DNA of 64,000 bases, taken from contig CAVRVJ010000005.1 of the NCBI GenBank assembly GCA_963724645.1, forward strand, positions 397,472 through 461,471. Direction: 5' to 3'. The stretch comes from an uncultured Acidobacteriota bacterium. GTDB lineage: Bacteria > Acidobacteriota > Vicinamibacteria > Vicinamibacterales > SCN-69-37. The first letter of the stretch is position 1. Each line of letters begins with the position of its first letter. Both the position numbers and the translations under genes were made by a program. Shown here in pieces: positions 57,020 to 64,000 of the stretch. A model generated the notes under the pieces. It made no database searches and was not told the origin of the DNA. It worked only from the letters and a program-made list of their open reading frames with translations.

Positions 57020-58397
57020 CCGCGCCGCCGGCCTGGACGTGCACGAACCCGTCGCGCTCGAACGCCGTGACGGCGCGTAGCCGAAAGGCGGCGCAGCGGG
57101 AGGAGCCGTCGGCCCAGGCAAACGTCAGTCCATGCCCAGGGCAATAGGCCTTCTCGGCGTCATGGTAGCCATCAGCGAGGTCGAGGCCGAGATGCGGGCA
57201 CAGTCGCCGGTATGCGCGAATCGCTCCGTCCACTCTCCAGAGCAGGAGCTTCGCATTCTCGAGGTCGAGCACCAGCTTGTGTCCCGTCGGGAAACTCGAC
57301 GCGCTGCATACCCGCGTGGACGCGTCCGCGCCCAGGCGCGCGGGAAGCGCGAGCCGGATGGTCGGCGGCTCGGCGAGCGGCGCGCGCATCTGGACCGAGG
57401 GCTCGCCGCGAAACATCTGCGTCGGAAACACCTTGAGCGCGCCGAAGCGCCGTCGCTCCAGGTCCGTGGACGCAAACCAATACTGGGAGCCGAACGGCGC
57501 GTCCTCGTTGAAGCGCGGCTGCGCCGGATTGAGCCTCGTCGTGAGCACGACGCGTGTGTCGTTCGAGATGTTGACCTGCGTGCCGTGCAGCATTTCCGGG
57601 TTGAAGACCAGGAGGTCGCCGCGGCCCAGCTCGACGTGGTGCGGCTTCGACGTCCGCGCGCCCGCGGCCAGGTACATGCTCCTGGGATCGTAGTTGACGG
57701 CGCGCCCGAACATGTCGGGATAGAGAATGACCGTGTTGTCGACGTTCACACCGTCGATCGACCACCATAGGTTGATCCCGTCGTACGAATGCCCGTCCCA
57801 GGTGTCGATGTGCGCGCCATGGGCGCGGGCGGGTGCGGGGAGCGTCCCGTGATAGCCGGCTGGATCGAAGGCCGCCTGCGGCGCGTGGCCGGCCCCGCGC
57901 TTCTTCATGCCGGCCTGGATCTGGCGGCCAAGCATCCGCGGGCTCCTGAGCGACGCAGCTGCGAGCCGGAGCTTCTCCTTCAGTGGGAACGGCGCCTTGC
58001 CGTCGCGCTGCGGTTTGGCGACGAAATACGGGTAGTTGATCCGCACGACGATGAGGTAATCAACGTAAAAGGGATCCGGCAGCCGCAGCGTCTCGCGCCC
58101 CACCGCGAACGACCAGTAGTAGAGATCCTCGCGAAGGCGCTTCAGCACGAAGTCTTCGAGCCGCCGAACCTTGGCGACCGGGAAACACTCGTGCAGCCGG
58201 CGCAGTCCCCCCTGCTCGACGGCGCGCCGGCTCTCCTGCGATTCCAGGGCCTCTACGCCGTCCAGAAACGCCGCAACGACCTTCGCGTGCATCTGCTCGC
58301 GCAGGGCAAAGTCCTGGAGGACGTAGAACGCTCCATCGCGGATGATTGAGGATGCGTCAAGTGGGGGCCGGGGCGTATCAACCAGCAGCGACATCAA
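57009..58397 (-). CDS. PhyH-like Fe(II)/2-oxoglutarate dioxygenase fused to a C-terminal Rieske [2Fe-2S] domain
   Basis: 'GAHIDTWDGH' (H-x-D) ... 'MLHGTQVNISNDTRVVLTTRL' (distal His/Arg). The C-terminus 'CPHLGLDLADGYHDAEKAYCPGHG' is the Rieske C-x-H...C-x-x-H motif. Confidence 0.7.
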   Translation of the reverse strand: MMSLLVDTPRPPLDASSIIRDGAFYVLQDFALREQMHAKVVAAFLDGVEALESQESRRAVEQGGLRRLHECFPVAKVRRLEDFVLKRLREDLYYWSFAVGRETLRLPDPFYVDYLIVVRINYPYFVAKPQRDGKAPFPLKEKLRLAAASLRSPRMLGRQIQAGMKKRGAGHAPQAAFDPAGYHGTLPAPARAHGAHIDTWDGHSYDGINLWWSIDGVNVDNTVILYPDMFGRAVNYDPRSMYLAAGARTSKPHHVELGRGDLLVFNPEMLHGTQVNISNDTRVVLTTRLNPAQPRFNEDAPFGSQYWFASTDLERRRFGALKVFPTQMFRGEPSVQMRAPLAEPPTIRLALPARLGADASTRVCSASSFPTGHKLVLDLENAKLLLWRVDGAIRAYRRLCPHLGLDLADGYHDAEKAYCPGHGLTFAWADGSSRCAAFRLRAVTAFERDGFVHVQAGGADGA

Positions 58398-58459
58398 CCG
58401 AGTACCCTTATGTTGCGGGCAACAATCTCACACCGCACGAGGCGTCCGCGAGGTTAACA

Positions 58460-59948
58460 TTGTCGCGTGCCCCCAGCAAGGCACGGAGCGCGTTGGGACC
58501 TCTGGGGCCGTGCTGATCCTCACGCTGGCAGGCGGCGCGCTCCGCGCTCACGCGCTCGACAGCGGCCTGTGGTACGACGGAATCACATCGCTCGTCGACT
58601 CGGTCCGCGTGCCGCTTCACACGACGGTCACGCACTTCCCGGGCAATAGCGAGCACCCGTTCTACTCGGTCCTCGCGCACGCGTCCGTCGCGCTGTTCGG
58701 CGGAGCACCCTTGGAGCCTGCGCCTGCCGGCCGCCGTGTTCGGCATCGCCACAATCCCGCTCCTGTACATCTTCGGCAGGACGGTGACGACCCGCGCCGA
58801 GGCGCTGTCGGCGACGTTGCTCCTGACGGTGTCTTACCATCACGTGTGGTTCTCGCAGGACGCGCGCGGCTACACGATGCTTCTGTTCGGCACTTTGCTC
58901 ACGACCCTCCTGCTCCTCGCTGGCCTACGCACTGGCCGCACATCGATCTACCTCGCGTACACCGTGGTCTCGGCTCTGGCCGCGTACACGCACCTGACGA
59001 TGGCGCTGATCGCGGTCGGCCAGGCAGGCGTGGTCTTCGGCCACCTCTGGCTGCGGCGCCACGACCGCCTCGCGCTCCGCGACGTCGCCGGACCAGCTCT
59101 GGCGTTCGGACTCGCGGGCGTCCTGACGCTTCGGGTTGTACACGCCGATGCTGTTCGAGGTCCAGACCTTTTACGCGCAGCGGACGGACTGGGCGCGCGC
59201 GGCCACCGTCGCATGGGCGGCCACCGAAGCCCTGCGAGGACTGCGAATCGGCTATTCGGCGACGGGTATCCTGGTCGCAGGCGGCCTCCTCTTTCTGACC
59301 GGATGCTGGAGCTACGCGCAGCAGCGTGCGACCGTCCTGGCGCTGTTTGTGATCCCCCCCGGGGTGCTGCTCGCGGTCGCCGTACTGGCCGGGCGGCCGA
59401 TCTTTCCCGCTTCTTCTTCTTTCTGGCAGGGTTCGGCCTGCTGGTGCTCGTCCGCGGCGTGTTCGGTACTGGCCGGGGCCATCGGTCGGCGCCTGCCCAT
59501 GGCCCTGAACGGCCCCCGCACGGCCCGGTGGGCGGCCGGCGTGATGATTGGTTCCGCCGCGCTCGTTTCCATGCTCGCGCTTCCCGCGCTGTACCGCTAC
59601 CCGAAGCAGGATTACGAAGGCGCGCTGCGATACGTGGACGCGACCGCCGGCCCTGACGACGCAGTGCTCTCGGCGGGTGTCGGGACGGCGGTGCCCTATC
59701 AGCGGTATTACGGGCGATCCTGGAGGCGGCTGCAAGGCGCAGCGGACCTCGCGCACGTGCGCGAGCAGGGCAAGGTCACCTGGGTGCTCTTCACCCTGCG
59801 GCAGTACCTCGACGCGCTCGAGCCGGATTTGATCGCCGAGATCACGGCCCGCTGTACGCCGGTCAAGACGTTCCCCGCGACGGTGGGCGGCGGTCAGATC
59901 GTCGTCACGCGCTGCGGTCCCTCGGCCTCGTTCTCATTGCGCCGCTGA
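58460..59948 (+). pseudogene. GT-C-fold membrane glycosyltransferase (ArnT/GT39/83-like), at least 4 frame slips
   Basis: 'VLILTLAGGALRAHALDSGLWYDGITSLV...HPFYSVLAH' (ORF 58342..). 'LRLPAAVFGIATIPLLYIFGR...VSYHHVWFSQDARGYTMLLF' (ORF 58736..). 'YTPMLFEVQTFY...YPKQDYEGALRYV' (ORF 59136..59948). There is a further double slip near 59410-59470. The 5' end is uncertain. Confidence 0.6.
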
Positions 59949-60892
59949 GAGGGGCCGCCCGACAGAAGCACGGTCGCTGCCAACCCGACCGCCCCACCTG
60001 CCAGCAGGATGGTCTGCCAGAGCAGGCCCGTCGCAACCACCGCCGTGGGCGATGCGCCAAAAGGCGCGAGGAAGCCCGCCAAACTTGCCTCCCGCACGCC
60101 GATTCCGCCCAGACTGATGGGCAGCATCGCAATGATTTTCGACAGCGGCCATGCGAAGAACCAGGCCGCAAGGGGCGCGTTCACGCCGGCGCCTTCCGCC
60201 AGGATGACGTTCGCAAAGACGAAGGCCGCCTGCACAACCATCGATAGCGTCAGACACATCACCAGTCGAACGGGGCGGCGCGCCAGGAGGACGACACCAG
60301 AACTGATCCCCTCTCCAAGCCGACGTCCTCTGCTGTCCGGTGACAAGCGACTGAGCAGCGCCGGAAAGAACCGAGGCGCCGCGATCGCGCTGAAGAAGAG
60401 CACGGCAAACGCCGCCGCGATCCCGAGAAGCCAGCGGCCGCCCCACGGCACGCTGCGAAACGTGAATGCCAGGCCCGCCGCGGCGGCCAGCAGGAGTCCG
60501 ACGGTATCGACCAGCCGGTCCGCGACTGACCCGACCGCCAGGCGCGTCTTGTCAGCGACGCGGCGGTGGAGCACCGCAGCGCGAACGAGGTCTCCGCTCG
60601 CGAGTCCCGGCAGCCAGAGGTTCGCGGCAAGTCCGGCGAAATGCGCGCGAAGCACGGCGCCGAATCCGGCTTCCTCGCCAACGAGCAGTCGCCACTTCGC
60701 GGCTGAGACGATGTGCCCCGCGATGAAGATCAGAAGCGTCGCGATCCATCGGCTGGCGTCGGTACGCCGAATGGTTGAGAAGACCGCTTGCATGGGCAGG
60801 ACCGAGAAGATCGCGGCGAGCACGAGAGCGGAGACCGCCACTCGCAGGCCGCGATGGAACCACAGACGCCTTCGTCCGATTGGAGAGGTCAT
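59894..60892 (-). CDS. UPF0104 / lysylphosphatidylglycerol-synthase-TM-region-like (flippase-like) membrane protein
   Basis: 332-aa ORF: 'IAGHIVSAAKWRLLV', 'PGLASGDLVRA', 'LSKIIAMLPISLGGIGVREA'. Confidence 0.7.
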   Translation of the reverse strand: MTSPIGRRRLWFHRGLRVAVSALVLAAIFSVLPMQAVFSTIRRTDASRWIATLLIFIAGHIVSAAKWRLLVGEEAGFGAVLRAHFAGLAANLWLPGLASGDLVRAAVLHRRVADKTRLAVGSVADRLVDTVGLLLAAAAGLAFTFRSVPWGGRWLLGIAAAFAVLFFSAIAAPRFFPALLSRLSPDSRGRRLGEGISSGVVLLARRPVRLVMCLTLSMVVQAAFVFANVILAEGAGVNAPLAAWFFAWPLSKIIAMLPISLGGIGVREASLAGFLAPFGASPTAVVATGLLWQTILLAGGAVGLAATVLLSGGPSQRRNENEAEGPQRVTTI

Positions 60893-60912
60893 GGACGAAC
60901 CGGCATCATATT

Positions 60913-62135
60913 ATGCTTATCGGCGAGATCGTGCTGCACGTCGGCGTCGACGCCACAAGCTGGGACAACAATCGCGGATTCGGGCGCTTCACGCGGGAGA
61001 TGATGTGCGCGCTCGTGGACCGGACAGCCGGATTCCGCTACACGCTGCTGTTCGACCGGCTGCCAGCGAGCCCTCTGCCGCCCGGCGCCGGCGTGCTGTG
61101 CGCCGACACCCGTCGCACGGTCAATGAATCGGCGGTGGGCACGAGCTCGCGGTCGCTTGGGTACTCTGGAAGATGGCGCGACTGGCCCGTCATGAACGGT
61201 TCGACCTGTTCTTCTTCCCGACCCTCTATTCGTATTTTCCGATTCTCACGCGCCGGCCACTCGTCGTCTGCTATCACGACGCGACTGCCGAGCGCCTGCC
61301 GCACCTGTTGTTCGAGACCCGGCTGAACCATCAGCTCTGGGTGTTGAAGACCAAACTCGCACGATGGCAGACGACGCGGGCGATGACCGTCTCGCGTGCC
61401 TCGGCCGTCGACCTCGAGGCGTTCCTCCACATTCCTGACGCGTCCATCGACGTCGTCACCGAGGCGGCGGGTTCCGCGTTTCGTGCGATCGATGCCGCTG
61501 CGAGGGTGCACGTGCGTTCGCAGCACGAGATCCCCGCCGACGCCACGCTGCTCGTCCACCTCGGCGGTATGAACCGTCACAAGAACCTGATCGGGCTCCT
61601 GGAAGCCGTCCGGCAGATCGTCGCGGCGCGGCCGGACGTTTGGCTGGCGATCATCGGCGATATCTCGGGAACGGGCTTCTCCGACAACGTGCCCGAGCTC
61701 TTGGACTTCGTGAAGGCCCATCCGCCACTGGATCGGCACGTCCGTTTCACAGGCTACCTTCCCGACCCGCAGGCGGCGGAGCTGCTCAACGAGGCGGCGG
61801 CCCTGGTGTTTCCGTCCTTCTGGGAAGGCTTCGGTCTTCCCGCGGTCGAGGCGATGGCATGCGGGGTGCCGGTGCTCGCCAGCTCTCGCGGCAGCCTGCC
61901 GGAAATCGTCGGTCAGGCGGGCCTGTTCTTCGATCCGGCCAGCCCCACGGCGATTGCCGAGTGCGTCCTGCGATTCCTGGGCGACCCGCAGCTCCGCAGG
62001 GATCTTGGGAACGAGGCGCTGAAGCGCTCGGCGCTGTTCAACTGGGATCGTGCGGCGGCGCTAGCCGAAGCCAGCTTCCAGCGCTGCTACGAGGACTGGC
62101 GAGGGCGCGGATCCGCGCAGACCGCCGGCCCATGA
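60913..62135 (+). pseudogene. Glycosyltransferase family 4 (GT-B), one frame slip near 61160
   Basis: N-terminal 'VLHVGVDATSWDNNRGFGRFTREM' (frame of ORF 60775..61326). It continues in ORF 61173..62135 with 'GGMNRHKNL', 'FPSFWEGFGLPAVEAMACGVPVLAS'. Confidence 0.75.
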
Positions 62136-62144
62136 CGGGCGAAG

Positions 62145-63353
62145 TCATGTGCGCCGTGTGTCGGCGGGCAGGCGGCTCGCGGCGTCACGGTAGTCGGCCC
62201 GATCTTCGTCTTGCAACGCGCCGGGCTGCTTCCAGGCGCGCGACCCAATCAGGTTCCTGACAAGCTGGCCTGGCTGGAACACGATGCTGGGCCACATGAA
62301 GATCTCATTCGTGCAGTAGCACTCCTTGCGGGCGATCGACCGGCGGATCTCGGCGGCCGCGTGCGAGTGCCAGATGTCCATGAACGGCCGCTCGCGCAGG
62401 TTGCCGATCGGCGGCCGCTGCTCGCAGACCGCGACGTCGCCGTTGGCGTGAACGACTGCGGTCAGGATTCCGGCCCGGCACGGGACGAACTGCGCTTCCC
62501 GCCGCGCCGCCTCCAGCTTGGCGTGCTGCAGCATCGGCTCGACGACCGATCCGTATCGGGCGCGCTCCCGCGGCCGCCACAGCCGGCGCATGTATTCGTA
62601 GAGATCTCGGTACTCCTGCAGCGCCGGACCTTTGAGCGTCGGGTTCTTCCGATCACCTCGAATGATCGCGAGGTTGTGATGGCTCAGCTTCGGGCACCGG
62701 TCGTACAGGAACGTCGTCAGCATGCGGATCTCCCGCATGTTCCAGTCGGTCGCGGTCGAGTTCGCGTGAATCTGAACGCGCGGATCGTCGGCCTGCAGCG
62801 CGACAAGCGCCTCGTACGTCTCCATCGCCTTTTGGAAGGCGCCTTTCGCCTTCCGGAATTCATCGTGGAAGGCCGGCATACCGTCCAGCGACAGCTCGGC
62901 CACGAAGAGGCGGAGGTCCTTTTCGTCCAGCACGGTGCGAACCGCCTCGACCGTCCGGTCAGTGAAGTACCCGTTGGTCGGGACGTAGATTTCCTTCACC
63001 CCGTTCCGCCGGATGAACTGACGGCAGATCGCCGCAAATTCCTTGCGCAGGAAAGGCTCGCCGCCGGACAGATTCAGGTTCTCGATCGGACCAAGCTGCT
63101 CGCTGAGCGACACGATCTCGTCGAACGACAAGTCGGTGGGTTGATTGAGCTGCTGCCAGTAGAAGCAGTGCTCGCATTTCATGTTGCAGAGCGAGTTGAT
63201 GAAAAAGACGAGGAATGGCGGACTCGACACGCGCGGGACCGAGAGATTCAGCCAGGTCAGGCGCGCGTGCCGGGCAAAGCGTCGAAGGAGACTGGGACTC
63301 ACAGATCGTTCACTATACGGAAAGTCACTTCCGGGCTTAGTCCTCCACGACAT
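62145..63353 (-). CDS. Radical SAM protein with C-terminal SPASM/twitch-like Cys-rich domain
   Basis: '[16 protein letters not shown]' CxxxCxxC, 'NLSGGEPFL' and C-terminal Cys residues 'FVPCRAG...VAVCEQ...KECYCTNE'. Confidence 0.8.
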   Translation of the reverse strand: MSWRTKPGSDFPYSERSVSPSLLRRFARHARLTWLNLSVPRVSSPPFLVFFINSLCNMKCEHCFYWQQLNQPTDLSFDEIVSLSEQLGPIENLNLSGGEPFLRKEFAAICRQFIRRNGVKEIYVPTNGYFTDRTVEAVRTVLDEKDLRLFVAELSLDGMPAFHDEFRKAKGAFQKAMETYEALVALQADDPRVQIHANSTATDWNMREIRMLTTFLYDRCPKLSHHNLAIIRGDRKNPTLKGPALQEYRDLYEYMRRLWRPRERARYGSVVEPMLQHAKLEAARREAQFVPCRAGILTAVVHANGDVAVCEQRPPIGNLRERPFMDIWHSHAAAEIRRSIARKECYCTNEIFMWPSIVFQPGQLVRNLIGSRAWKQPGALQDEDRADYRDAASRLPADTRRT

Positions 63354-64000
63354 GCGTCGAGAACACCTCGCGAAACTGCTGCCATCGGGCCCGGTCGAAT
63401 GAGCCGCCGGCGTCGAGGCAAGCCGCCGCAGCGTAGCCCATGAACAGCGTATGGTGCGTGTTGTCGTGCACGAAGAGTCCCTGGCGGCCGAAGGTCACCA
63501 GATTCTCGAACCGCTCGAGGTACCGGTCGATGGCCGTCAGGTGTGCGTCGTAACCGACCCGGTAGATCGGATACACCTGGCGAAGGCGCCGCACGACGAC
63601 CTCCTTTGGGCGCACACCAACTGGAAGTCCCGCACACTCGAGATCCTCGCACACCAGCGCACCCAGTTCGTCGTTGGTCAACTGCCACTCTGGATCCTGG
63701 GCCGAGCAGGGCAACTCGGCGCACAGGACCGTCCGGCCCGGCGGTCCGGCAAGGCCGTAGTTCTTGGGCTCCGAGAGACGGCCGATCCGGATGTGCGGCT
63801 CCGGAAAGTAGTGGGCGTCGAACTCGGTGAACCGGTCGCGCTCCAGAACCAGATACACCAGGAGCATGGCCCGAAACTCGAGCCGCCGCGCGGCGTCGAT
63901 CACGCCCGAGGGCGCGGCGGGCTCGAGCGCCGCGATGAGCGCCGAGACAGGAATGGTCGACCAGACGTGGTCCGCCTCGATCCGGCGGTGCCCTCCCTGG
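63337..64000 (-). CDS. NAD(P)/FAD-dependent oxidoreductase, paralog of 47285..48742; 5' end outside the window
   Basis: The ORF stays open to the window edge ('...[44 protein letters not shown]...'). C-terminal 'YPIYRVGYD...[20 protein letters not shown]' parallels 'YPIYDSSYR...TIGRNGMHKYNNQDHSM' of the first copy. Confidence 0.7.
   Translation of the reverse strand, partial: QGGHRRIEADHVWSTIPVSALIAALEPAAPSGVIDAARRLEFRAMLLVYLVLERDRFTEFDAHYFPEPHIRIGRLSEPKNYGLAGPPGRTVLCAELPCSAQDPEWQLTNDELGALVCEDLECAGLPVGVRPKEVVVRRLRQVYPIYRVGYDAHLTAIDRYLERFENLVTFGRQGLFVHDNTHHTLFMGYAAAACLDAGGSFDRARWQQFREVFSTHVVED

Noticed and set aside
1-64000. CRISPR arrays, rRNA genes, intact IS elements/transposases or integrases
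   Set aside because: I saw no regularly spaced direct repeats, no rRNA-like conserved blocks and no DDE/tyrosine-recombinase motifs in any ORF translation.
1-64000. Programmed ribosomal frameshifting as the explanation for the split genes
   Set aside because: The slips are too many, occur in unrelated housekeeping genes and lack any common slippery heptamer or downstream structure at the junctions I inspected.

Overview
High-GC (roughly two-thirds G+C by eye) bacterial chromosomal segment. The gene content looks like Acidobacteriota: an ADOP-type duplicated FtsX permease, a CarboxypepD_reg-type TonB-dependent receptor, many polytopic GT-C-like membrane proteins and an IPTL/PEP-CTERM-type sorting signal. 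This taxonomic call is inference only. Layout: (i) 1-13.6 kb holds housekeeping genes (NtrY-like sensor kinase, pssA-psd, DUF465, rimI-tsaB, mutS, deoxyhypusine-synthase-like relic + agmatinase, TPR protein, ABC-2 exporter). (ii) 13.6-16.5 kb holds two GT-C-like membrane proteins. (iii) 16.5-22.1 kb is a probable decayed integrative/mobilizable island abutting tRNA-Arg(CCT). It carries a TylF-like methyltransferase, a GT2, a VOC protein, a MobC/TraD-like gene, a truncated MobA/MobL relaxase, an excisionase-like HTH, small unknown ORFs and a ParDE-like relic. (iv) 22.2-38.7 kb holds apt, acylphosphatase, aldehyde dehydrogenase, a B12-radical-SAM/DegT/DedA operon, a heavily frame-broken TonB-dependent receptor, APS kinase, a secreted unknown protein, a PAS-GAF hybrid kinase and a YCII + ECF-type sigma pair. 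(v) 38.7-46.3 kb is a minus-strand array: FixH-like protein, a CHRD protein with an IPTLxxW-type C-terminal sorting signal, an exosortase-like membrane protein fused to an S-adenosylmethionine decarboxylase domain, a large polytopic membrane protein and an ADOP permease. This array is the most unusual system in the window. (vi) 46.5-64 kb is a large glycan/envelope biosynthesis locus (three paralogous mini membrane proteins around an FAD oxidoreductase, Wzx-like flippase, CE4 deacetylase, GT4s, GT-Cs, GMC oxidoreductase, pyruvyl transferase, PhyH-Rieske fusion, UPF0104 protein, radical SAM/SPASM, second FAD oxidoreductase). About a dozen genes, including mutS, are interrupted by mostly +1 frame slips that are strongly clustered. 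From sequence alone I cannot tell real pseudogenes from consensus indel errors. No rRNA, CRISPR array or intact IS/transposase was seen.
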